DNA of 64,000 bases from Minisyncoccota bacterium (GTDB taxonomy: Bacteria; Patescibacteriota; Minisyncoccia; UBA6257; GWB1-50-10): NCBI GenBank assembly GCA_035573955.1, contig DATLZO010000003.1, forward strand, positions 255 to 64,254. The letters run 5' to 3'. The notes under the pieces were generated by a model. That model saw nothing but the letters and a program-made list of their open reading frames with translations, was not told where the DNA came from and did not search any database. How positions within the stretch are numbered: position 1 is the first letter of the stretch; the number at the start of each line of letters is the position of its first letter. The position numbers and the translations under genes were made by a program. Below are positions 1 through 7,690 of the stretch, piece by piece.

Positions 1-23
1 TAAGGCCTTTTTAAAAGCAAAAA

Positions 24-51
24 CCACAACCGCCCTTTCGGACGGTTGTGG
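24..51 (-). terminator. intrinsic-terminator-like hairpin at window edge
   Basis: CCACAACCGCC / GGACGGTTGTGG inverted repeat (about 11-bp stem with one bulge, loop CTTTC). On the minus strand it is followed by TTTTTGCTTTT. Confidence 0.45.
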
Positions 52-59
52 AATTGGGG

Positions 60-93
60 TAATTCCTATCTCGATATCATCGGATAGGAATTA
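60..93. repeat. 34-bp palindrome (11-bp perfect arms TAATTCCTATC/GATAGGAATTA, 12-nt spacer containing GATATC)
   Basis: Read directly from the sequence. It could be an operator or an RNA hairpin. Confidence 0.5.
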
Positions 94-128
94 GCACATC
101 ACCGAGAGGTATTGTATCACGTATTTCT

Positions 129-154
129 CAGGAATGCAAGTCAGGAATGCAAGT
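129..154. repeat. tandem 13-bp direct repeat CAGGAATGCAAGT x2
   Basis: Two exact adjacent copies seen in the sequence. Confidence 0.6.
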
Positions 155-199
155 GTTGAAAATTAAATGGCCCGCCAACGCCGAAGCGTTGACGGGCCG

Positions 200-515
200 C
201 CATACCTTACTGATACCTACCACACGGTACCACTCCACAACCTACCTCACCACATCCAACCAAACCTTACCTCACCTGACCAGACAAAACCAAACCGTAG
301 CCCACCAGACCTTACCAAACCGCGCCATACATCACCAAACCACACCACATCAAACCGAACCCTACCTCACCCTATTTATATCTAAATTACCTAGGGATGA
401 GTAGTTTGCGGACTTGGAATAGAGCCCAAACCATACCAAACCAGACCCGACAGAACCATACCCCACTCCACCCAACCATACCTCACCGTAACTGACCTAA
501 CCATATTACACGAAA
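200..515. repeat. strand-skewed A+C-rich low-complexity tract
   Basis: Degenerate ACCAAACC / ACCTCACC-like units with almost no G on the top strand for about 300 bp. The only ORFs (147-404, 167-385) encode T/P/H/Q low-complexity peptides and are probably not coding. Confidence 0.6.
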
Positions 516-520
516 CAGAT

Positions 521-546
521 GAGGGCGGATAGAATTATCCGCCCTC
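521..546 (-). terminator. hairpin GAGGGCGGATA-GAAT-TATCCGCCCTC downstream of GC-rich ORF 557-1147
   Basis: Perfect 11-bp stem immediately 3' of the minus-strand ORF. Confidence 0.5.
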
Positions 547-556
547 ACGCTCGGCT

Positions 557-1147
557 CTACACCTTCTCGAAGCTCACGATTCGGAACTGGCCGAACCGAG
601 GCCGGTAGTCGCCGACGCAGGCGGAACGGCCCGCTTCCTCGAGGGCGCTCTGGACGACCTCGAGCGGAATGGTGTCGTCGCCCACCTGGATCCGGAAGGC
701 GGCGCGCCAACCAGCCTCGAGCCACGGCCTGTGCCGGATGATCCGACCTTGGGTCGCCTTGATCTTCACCGGCCGGCTGTCAATCTTGAATGTGAAGAGC
801 GGCTTGCTCTTCGTGTCAGTGAGACCGATAAAGTCGGGCACGACCCCGAGCTGACCCTTGAAGGCGCCCTTATAGGTCTTCTTGCCGCGGCCCTTCACTT
901 GGAGACTCGAACCGGTGTTCACGATTGCGCCGAGGAAATGCTCGGCCGGCAGGCAGAGCTGGCCGACGTTCTCATCACCGTTCGGGTGGAGCCGATAGGC
1001 CACCTGCTCCGCCTCATCCTGCGGCGTGCGCTGCTGACGCTTGACCTTCTTGAGCTCGGACTCGAGCTCGGCCGAGGCCTCGACGCTGAACTTATGCATC
1101 AGTAAACCGCGGCCGACGCCTTCCACTACCACCTGGATCTCATACAT
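557..1147 (-). CDS. hypothetical protein, compositionally foreign (GC and GC3 far above flanking genes)
   Basis: 196-aa intact ORF with very GC-rich codon third positions (GTC, GGC, CTC, AAG dominate). GAGGTG Shine-Dalgarno-like motif before the ATG, and its own terminator hairpin. No family recognised by eye. Confidence 0.55.
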   Translation of the reverse strand: MYEIQVVVEGVGRGLLMHKFSVEASAELESELKKVKRQQRTPQDEAEQVAYRLHPNGDENVGQLCLPAEHFLGAIVNTGSSLQVKGRGKKTYKGAFKGQLGVVPDFIGLTDTKSKPLFTFKIDSRPVKIKATQGRIIRHRPWLEAGWRAAFRIQVGDDTIPLEVVQSALEEAGRSACVGDYRPRFGQFRIVSFEKV

Positions 1148-1217
1148 CTCCGCACCTCATGGGCTAGGGTTTCTAGTTTAAGAACCAGCAATACACTAAA
1201 TTATTTAAATAAAAATG

Positions 1218-1952
1218 TCAATATTCTTTTAATATCTCCTCTATCCGGCGCGTGTCGGGATGGAATTCCAGCTCATCGTCGCTGTAACGGAAACGCGGCT
1301 TAAAACCTAAAGCGCCGTTTTTGATTCCTTTTTCGATGTAATGAAGCTGAATTCTCTTCACAAACTTTTCAAAAAACCACCCCAAAAGCCAACTCTGCAA
1401 AACAAATTCAAAGAAAATTCTCAAAAACCATGCGCTATAATTAATTATAGCGCCAGCGGAGTTGGGATTGGAACTTTGCCAGTACTTTTCGTCAATTTTC
1501 CGCTCCGCCTCTTCGGCGGACAACGCCCAATCATTCGCCCTGAAAAATTCACGCACCGCTTTCTCCCGGCCATAAACAGGTACCATATTTAGATATAGTA
1601 CCCTCCAGTAATCATTGTAAGGCGGTGAAAGTCGGTAGGCTTTTGGCGTTAAGAAATGGTTAAAACAAACTTTGTCACTTGAGGTTGGTTTGTGGTCCAC
1701 CCCCCGCCGACGCAGGCCTAAAATTCCGAAGATGAAAACGCAAAAAGCCCTTACCGTGAATATCTTTCCCTTCCGCGCGCCAATAATCACGTCGAAATCC
1801 GAATCCTCGTGAACGTTGCCCTGCGCCAAAGAACCGGCCACAATCACAAAATCCAAAAAAGGAATCAAATAAAAAATCGGGCGGAGGCGCAAAAACTTCC
1901 GCCATTTCTCTTCGAGTAAACTATTCCGATTCGTCGGAGCTTCTCGGTCCAT
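1218..1952 (-). CDS. nucleotidyltransferase-domain protein (Pol-beta superfamily)
   Basis: GSLAQGNVHEDSDFDV matches the GS-x(n)-DxD minimal nucleotidyltransferase motif near the N-terminus. The C-terminal ~150 aa are of unknown fold. The start is uncertain (about 30 bp overlap with rmuC). Confidence 0.6.
   Translation of the reverse strand: MDREAPTNRNSLLEEKWRKFLRLRPIFYLIPFLDFVIVAGSLAQGNVHEDSDFDVIIGARKGKIFTVRAFCVFIFGILGLRRRGVDHKPTSSDKVCFNHFLTPKAYRLSPPYNDYWRVLYLNMVPVYGREKAVREFFRANDWALSAEEAERKIDEKYWQSSNPNSAGAIINYSAWFLRIFFEFVLQSWLLGWFFEKFVKRIQLHYIEKGIKNGALGFKPRFRYSDDELEFHPDTRRIEEILKEY
1432..1453. promoter_or_regulatory. 22-bp perfect palindrome GCGCTATAATTAATTATAGCGC (copy 1 of 3)
   Basis: Lies inside the nucleotidyltransferase ORF. 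It has the same core as the sites at 7182 and 7635. Confidence 0.4.
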
Positions 1953-2961
1953 CGATGCTTACAGGTTCAATTTCCGCCGCCCGGCCGCTGATGCGCAAAA
2001 TATCCTTGTCAACTTTCCCAAGCTCCTTGTAGGCGCTGTTGTACATATTAACGGTGGTGCCCAGGTGCGTCCCCAATTTTTTCATGTAGTTTTCGTAACT
2101 CCCTAGATGCCGCCCGAGTTCTTCCACTCTTTTTCTGATTTCTTTGGCCGATTCTTCAATTTGGAGCGCCTTCAATCCTTGGAGCACAGTTTGGAGATAA
2201 GCGAGAAATGAGGTCGGCGAAACCACAATTACTTTTTTATCCACGATGGCATATTCAATCAAATCCCGCGTTTCCACCGACCCGACTTTATTTATGAGTA
2301 AATCGTAGTAAACCGCCTCCGCCGGAATGAACATGAAAGCAAAATCCATAGTGCTCTCACTTGGCTTGATGTATTTTGACGTCTCGTCAATTCTTGTCTT
2401 TAAATCATTACGGAATGCTTCTTCCAGCCGCTTTTTTTCCGCGTCGTCACGGGTGGCAATTAGACGGTTATAATTTTCCAAGCTGAATTTGGAGTCAATG
2501 GGAATGATTTTATCTTTGACAAAAACCACAGCATCAACAATAGTGCCGTCCTTGAATTCGTACTGCATCTTGTATGTGCCGGGCGGCATCACGTTCTTCA
2601 AGACCGTCTCGAGGTAATACTCCCCCAAAACGCCCCTTTGCTTCGGGTTTTTGAGGATATCCTGCAGTGATTTCAGTTGGTCGGCGAAATTTACAACCTG
2701 CTTGTTCGTCTCGTCGAGCCGCGTCAGGCGCTCCGTCACGTCCCGGATTATCTTCGCACTCTCCCCGAACTGCCGCTGCATCGCCTTGGTGGATTCACCA
2801 ATTTTAGAATCGATGGTGCGATTTAACTCGTTCAACTGCTGCTGGAGCATTAAAAGCGACTGGTTATTCCCTTCCGCGCCGCCTCGCTTCCAAACTAACC
2901 ATAAAAGTGCTCCGACTGCAGCGGCGAGAACCAGAAAAGCAATTGTAAGAGCGGTTTCCAT
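1921..2961 (-). CDS. rmuC: DNA recombination protein RmuC
   Basis: N-terminal transmembrane helix, long coiled-coil region and RmuC-like C-terminal domain. Typical length. Confidence 0.8.
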   Translation of the reverse strand: METALTIAFLVLAAAVGALLWLVWKRGGAEGNNQSLLMLQQQLNELNRTIDSKIGESTKAMQRQFGESAKIIRDVTERLTRLDETNKQVVNFADQLKSLQDILKNPKQRGVLGEYYLETVLKNVMPPGTYKMQYEFKDGTIVDAVVFVKDKIIPIDSKFSLENYNRLIATRDDAEKKRLEEAFRNDLKTRIDETSKYIKPSESTMDFAFMFIPAEAVYYDLLINKVGSVETRDLIEYAIVDKKVIVVSPTSFLAYLQTVLQGLKALQIEESAKEIRKRVEELGRHLGSYENYMKKLGTHLGTTVNMYNSAYKELGKVDKDILRISGRAAEIEPVSIDGPRSSDESE

Positions 2962-2962
2962 G

Positions 2963-3337
2963 TCAGTTCACAGAGAATACAAGGCCGAGCACAACAAGAT
3001 TCAGCAAAGAAATGATCAAGGCCGCGGCCGCGAAGACGTAGGAGAGAGACCGCTCGCGGGTGTAGAAAACGCCGCTTAAAACGGAATTAATAACAAGGAG
3101 CACCGCGCCGCCGAACCAAATCTCCCAAATGTCGCTCTTTTCTCCCAAACTGTCGATACCCCGGAACTTGTCAAAGTGGATTAAGACTGGCGAAGCAACG
3201 TCACCAATGTTCACGATAACCAAAACCAAAGAGAATATGGTGACGAGTGCCGCGGCAACGAGGAGAACAGCTACCGTTTTCCTCTCCAAAAACAATTTTT
3301 TGACAATCCCCAACATGATTTTGCTTCCTGACATCAA
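2963..3337 (-). CDS. small integral membrane protein, function unknown
   Basis: 124 aa with 3-4 predicted hydrophobic helices. Its end abuts the rmuC start. Confidence 0.45.
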   Translation of the reverse strand: MMSGSKIMLGIVKKLFLERKTVAVLLVAAALVTIFSLVLVIVNIGDVASPVLIHFDKFRGIDSLGEKSDIWEIWFGGAVLLVINSVLSGVFYTRERSLSYVFAAAALIISLLNLVVLGLVFSVN

Positions 3338-3355
3338 AATCTTATCATAATCTGA

Positions 3356-4231
3356 ATGGCCTCGCTAATTAAAAAGGTAATCGCAGGCGACACGAATTAC
3401 CCGCATCTCTTGAAAGAAGTCAAAGGCGCGCCGAAGGAACTTTATTACATGGGCGTTCTGCCTCAGTTCGAACCGATGGTCGCCGTGGTCGGCACTCGCA
3501 AGGCGACACCAGACGGCCTCGCGGTCGCAAAAAACATCGGTTTTGATCTCGCCCGCGCGGGCATCGTTGTCGTAAGCGGTCTCGCGCTCGGCATCGACGC
3601 CGCCTCCCACGAAGGCGCGCTTCGAGCTGGAGGCCGTACATTAGCCGTTCTCGGGAACGGCCTCGATACCATCTATCCGCATTCGCATTACAATCTCGCA
3701 CAAAAGATTCTGGATCAAAAAGGCGGCATCATCTCCGAATACCCACCCGGCACGCCGCCCCTGCCGCACCAATTCCTGGAGCGGAACCGTATCATAAGCG
3801 GCCTCGCGCTCGCAACAGTAGTAATAGAAGCGCCGATAGAGTCCGGGGCGCTTGTGACCGCCAAACACGCCCTGGATCAAGGCCGCGAGGTTTTCGTCGT
3901 GCCCGGCCGGGTGAGCCAGAACTACGAAGGTTCACACATGCTGCTGCGGAACGGGGCGCGAATTATCACCTCTGCCGCAGACGTTCTGGAAGATCTCTCC
4001 GAAGCGCTCGACTCCTACGATTTACCCGACAAAAAAGAAAAGGGAATTTCGACACGGGACGAAGCGTCGCTTTTAATATTGAAGACTCTCGAGAACGCCG
4101 AAGAACCAATTTACATTGACAAGATTGTTGAAATAACTAAACTTGACCCAAACGTTGTAAGTCAAAAACTTACCTTCCTCACTCTCGACGGAGCGATTGA
4201 AGAAACGAACGGCAAATTCCAAATCAAATGA
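3356..4231 (+). CDS. dprA: DNA processing protein DprA (Smf)
   Basis: VVGTRKATPDG...VVSGLALGIDAASHEGAL Rossmann-like DprA core, about 290 aa. Confidence 0.85.
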   Translation: MASLIKKVIAGDTNYPHLLKEVKGAPKELYYMGVLPQFEPMVAVVGTRKATPDGLAVAKNIGFDLARAGIVVVSGLALGIDAASHEGALRAGGRTLAVLGNGLDTIYPHSHYNLAQKILDQKGGIISEYPPGTPPLPHQFLERNRIISGLALATVVIEAPIESGALVTAKHALDQGREVFVVPGRVSQNYEGSHMLLRNGARIITSAADVLEDLSEALDSYDLPDKKEKGISTRDEASLLILKTLENAEEPIYIDKIVEITKLDPNVVSQKLTFLTLDGAIEETNGKFQIK

Positions 4232-4350
4232 ATCCCGTTAAAGACAACAAAATATCATTCTAATGAATCATCCAAATCTAAAAACAAACCGAGTCATAGA
4301 AATCTGGTCGCAAAATTCACGGCTGCCTAAGGCAGCCTGTCTCTAACGGG

Positions 4351-6402
4351 ATGAACTTAGTGATAGTAGAATCCCCGACCAAGGCGAAAACCATCAGCCG
4401 GTTTCTGGGCGATAAATACAAGATAGAATCCTCCTACGGCCACGTCCGCGATCTCCCGAAATCCAAGCTCGGAGTGGACACTGAAAAAAACTTCGAGCCG
4501 CACTACATAATACCCGTGAAAGCCAAAAAGAACGTGACGATCCTGAAGAAACTTGCAGCGAAATCCGACCGAATTATTCTCGCAACTGATGAGGACCGCG
4601 AGGGCGAGGCCATCGCTTGGCACCTGACTCAAGCTCTTGGTTTGAATAACTCAAAATTCAAAATTCAAAATTCAAAATTGCCACAAGTGGAACGCATTGT
4701 CTTCCACGAGATCACCGAACGCGCGATTAAAGAAGCACTACAAAACCCAAGGGGGATCAATATGCACCTCGTGGACGCCCAACAGGCCCGGCGTGTCTTG
4801 GACCGTCTTGTTGGCTACCAACTCTCCCCTTTTCTTTGGAAAAAAATTGCTCGCGGTCTCTCGGCCGGCCGTGTCCAGTCTGTCGCACTCCGCTTAATTG
4901 TTGAACGAGAAGAAGAAATCCGCGCGTTCAAACCGGAGGAATACTGGACAATTTCTGCAATACTCGAAAAAGGAGGTTCGACCTCCAATAAAGAGATAAA
5001 ATCTCCCCAAATTGAAGCAATCCTATCTAAAATAAACGGTGAGATTCTGGATAAACTCGGAATTAAAAACGAAAAAGAGGCAGAGAAAATCACCGCCGAT
5101 CTTGAGAAAGCGGAGTATCGCATTATAAAAATTGAAAGCAAGGAAACACGTAAATACCCGTTGCCTCCCTTTACCACAAGTACCCTCCAACAAACGGCTT
5201 CCCAACGCCTGCGGATGAGCGTGAAACAGACGATGATGTTCGCCCAACGTCTTTACGAAAGCGGCCACATCACTTATATGCGCACCGACTCAGTGAATCT
5301 CTCCCGAGAATCACTGGAAGCGGCAGCGAAAATAATCAGCGATGAATTCGGTAAGGATTATCAGGGCGCCGCGCCCAGGATCTTTAAAGGTAAATCGCGC
5401 CTCGCCCAAGAAGCCCACGAGGCCATTAGACCGACAAACCCCGCTGTTACCCCAAGAAAAATAAAATTGGAAGACCCAAAAGAAGAAAAACTCTACGACC
5501 TTATTTGGCGCCGGTTCATTGCTTCCCAACTCCCCGAAGCCCGCTTCAACTCCACTACCGTAGACATTGAAGCGAAAGTAAAAACTAAAAACTATCAGCT
5601 AAAAGCTAGCGGTTTAATCATGAAATTTGATGGTTTTTTGAAAGTGTGGAGCCAGAAATTTGAAGAAAAAGAACTGCCCGAGCTTACCGAAGGCGAAAGA
5701 TTAGAAGTAAAAAAAGTGAATCCGCTCCAGCATTTCACCGAACCGCCGGCCCGCTACAACGAAGCCTCTCTCATCAAAAAATTGGAGATGGAGGGGATCG
5801 GCCGGCCTTCCACATACGCCCCGACTATTTCCGTAATCCAGACCCGCAATTATGTCCAAAAGAACGAAGCGCGGCGCTTCGAGCCAACCGAGCTCGGCAT
5901 ACTCGTAAACAAAGTTCTACGTGAACATTTCCCGGAAATAGTAGATATAGGCTTTACTGCCAAAATGGAAGATGAACTGGACGAAATTGCCGAAGGTAAG
6001 CAAAAATGGCAGAGCGTAATTCGGGAATTCTACGAACCATTTGCCAAGCACTTGGAGACGAAATATGAAGAAGTTTCCAAGCACGAACTCGTGCCGGAAG
6101 AAAAAACCGACGAGGTTTGCGAAAAATGCGGCAAGCCGATGGTAATTAAAACCGGCCGCTTTGGCCGCTTCCTCGCCTGCACCGGTTTTCCGGAGTGTAA
6201 AAACACCAAATCGCTCAAAAATAACGTCGGCATCACCGACGGCGACGGCAATAGAATGAAGTGTCCCAAATGCGGCGAGGGTGAGGTCATCCGCCGCCGC
6301 ACCAAAAAGGGTAGATTTTTCTACGGCTGCACCCGCTGGCCGGATTGCGACTTCGCAAGCTGGCAGAAACCAAACAATATAGAAGCGGACAAACGTGGAT
6401 AG
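4351..6402 (+). CDS. topA: DNA topoisomerase I
   Basis: TOPRIM N-terminus (MNLVIVESPTKAKTI..SYGHVRDLP), a Tyr-containing catalytic core, and multiple C-terminal Cys4 zinc ribbons. Confidence 0.9.
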   Translation: MNLVIVESPTKAKTISRFLGDKYKIESSYGHVRDLPKSKLGVDTEKNFEPHYIIPVKAKKNVTILKKLAAKSDRIILATDEDREGEAIAWHLTQALGLNNSKFKIQNSKLPQVERIVFHEITERAIKEALQNPRGINMHLVDAQQARRVLDRLVGYQLSPFLWKKIARGLSAGRVQSVALRLIVEREEEIRAFKPEEYWTISAILEKGGSTSNKEIKSPQIEAILSKINGEILDKLGIKNEKEAEKITADLEKAEYRIIKIESKETRKYPLPPFTTSTLQQTASQRLRMSVKQTMMFAQRLYESGHITYMRTDSVNLSRESLEAAAKIISDEFGKDYQGAAPRIFKGKSRLAQEAHEAIRPTNPAVTPRKIKLEDPKEEKLYDLIWRRFIASQLPEARFNSTTVDIEAKVKTKNYQLKASGLIMKFDGFLKVWSQKFEEKELPELTEGERLEVKKVNPLQHFTEPPARYNEASLIKKLEMEGIGRPSTYAPTISVIQTRNYVQKNEARRFEPTELGILVNKVLREHFPEIVDIGFTAKMEDELDEIAEGKQKWQSVIREFYEPFAKHLETKYEEVSKHELVPEEKTDEVCEKCGKPMVIKTGRFGRFLACTGFPECKNTKSLKNNVGITDGDGNRMKCPKCGEGEVIRRRTKKGRFFYGCTRWPDCDFASWQKPNNIEADKRG

Positions 6403-6468
6403 CGACGCAGATTCACACAGACAAAATACGTCGTTATAACAGCGATAGCGAGAAAAACGAAGTTTTAC

Positions 6469-6510
6469 AAAAACCATAAATATCCACGGCCGTGGATATT
6501 TATGGTTTTT
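6469..6510. terminator. 42-bp perfect palindrome AAAAACCATAAATATCCACGG|CCGTGGATATTTATGGTTTTT
   Basis: Follows the topA stop. The A-run and T-run flanks make it a bidirectional intrinsic terminator candidate. Confidence 0.5.
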
Positions 6511-6590
6511 AATGGTAGAAGCGGTGCAAAATTACACCACCCACATCCCGAAAAGTTTCTACACTTCGGCAAAAATCTTGAAAATGCAAA

Positions 6591-6618
6591 GGGCGGGTCA
6601 GTGTATAGCTGCCCGCCC
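6591..6618 (-). terminator. hairpin GGGCGGG...CCCGCCC downstream of GC-rich ORF 6648-7007
   Basis: 7-bp GC stem about 30 bp 3' of the minus-strand ORF stop. Confidence 0.4.
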
Positions 6619-6647
6619 TGTGCGGTACTCTGGACTCGGGTTAAGCC

Positions 6648-7007
6648 CTACTCGCTCTTCTTGAGTCCGAGGATGTCCTCGTAAATTCTCTTGAAGACGA
6701 TGTCAGTGTGACTCATCGGGGCGGCGAGGAGCGAACCCACCGTACCCCTGATGTCTGGGTGCTGGAACTGGAGATCCTTCTCCCAGTGACGCTCGAACTC
6801 AGCGAGCACCTCGGACACCTTCCCCTTGTCGGTGGCGTGCATCAGCGCGTTCGTGAGAGCGAACGACAGCTCAGCGCCGTTCGCACCATCCGAGTACTGG
6901 TCGAAGAGCTCGAGCGCCTTCGGGTAGTGCTCACCGAGCTTCACCTCCAGCAACTGAGCGAACTGTTCGCGAGTGAGTTGAGGCGCCACTTGAGTACTCA
7001 TCGTCAC
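6648..7007 (-). CDS. hypothetical protein, compositionally foreign (high GC/GC3)
   Basis: 119-aa ORF with GC-rich codons unlike its neighbours. Flanked by imperfect direct repeats at 6535-6555 and 7117-7139. Confidence 0.5.
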   Translation of the reverse strand: MTMSTQVAPQLTREQFAQLLEVKLGEHYPKALELFDQYSDGANGAELSFALTNALMHATDKGKVSEVLAEFERHWEKDLQFQHPDIRGTVGSLLAAPMSHTDIVFKRIYEDILGLKKSE

Positions 7008-7181
7008 TACTTGCCACGGGTTAATGTCAATGGACGGCCGATCTTAATGTAACATCAGTTACACGTCGTTCGTCAAGTATAACCACCCCCAACCCTCGCC
7101 GAGGGTTTTAAAATACCCCACCAACCCCATCCCGAAAAGCCCCGTTTTTACCTTCTCTAAAATTTATTTTCCCAATTTCCA

Positions 7182-7205
7182 GGCGCTATAATTAACTATA
7201 GCGCC
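7182..7205. promoter_or_regulatory. 24-bp palindrome GGCGCTATAATTAACTATAGCGCC (copy 2 of 3)
   Basis: Overlaps the stop codon of the TrpR-like gene. Confidence 0.4.
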
Positions 7206-7584
7206 TGATTTTGCGAGGGAAAACCAGTTTGCCGCGCGGCATTACTACGCCTTTAGGACGGCGCTTAAGAAAAGGCATTGATGAATATTTCCGATGGACA
7301 ACCGGTTTCTTGGTTAAGTTGTGCTTTACAAAACTGATCGTGTTCGGGCTCACATCAATCGCCTTGCTTATCGCTCGATAACTCAATCCCCGCTCAAGGA
7401 GGACGGGAATAGCCAATCGTTTCTCAAGCATCGTTATCTCTGCGGACGTGAGAAATTTTTTGATATTTCCCGTCAATTCGTCCTCTGATTTTGATTTTTG
7501 AACCTCGATCAAAAACCGGCGCCAGGATTTCCGTTTCAACTCCTCCTCAAGATATTTTTTGCTCACTCTTACCATAGTCCGCAT
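7192..7584 (-). CDS. TrpR/YerC-like helix-turn-helix DNA-binding protein
   Basis: LTSAEITMLEKRLAIPVLLERGLSYRAISKAIDVSPNTIS fits the Trp-repressor-family helix-turn-helix pattern. 130 aa. Confidence 0.6.
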   Translation of the reverse strand: MRTMVRVSKKYLEEELKRKSWRRFLIEVQKSKSEDELTGNIKKFLTSAEITMLEKRLAIPVLLERGLSYRAISKAIDVSPNTISFVKHNLTKKPVVHRKYSSMPFLKRRPKGVVMPRGKLVFPRKIRRYS

Positions 7585-7634
7585 TTTTAATTATTTCCAC
7601 ATTTTTATTTTTCTACCTTGACATGATATCATAC

Positions 7635-7654
7635 TGCTATAATTAATTATAGCA
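7635..7654. promoter_or_regulatory. 20-bp perfect palindrome TGCTATAATTAATTATAGCA (copy 3 of 3) in the TrpR-like promoter region
   Basis: About 50 bp upstream of the TrpR-like start codon, next to a TTGACA hexamer at 7618-7623. Contains TATAAT on both strands. Confidence 0.45.
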
Positions 7655-7690
7655 ACAAATTTAGTAAAAATAATTGGTTTCTTATCCGGC

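Noticed and set aside
147-404. ORFs 147-404 and 167-385 (+)
   Set aside because: They translate the A+C-only low-complexity tract into T/P/H/Q/N repeats. There is no SD and no domain. I treat the region as noncoding repeat.
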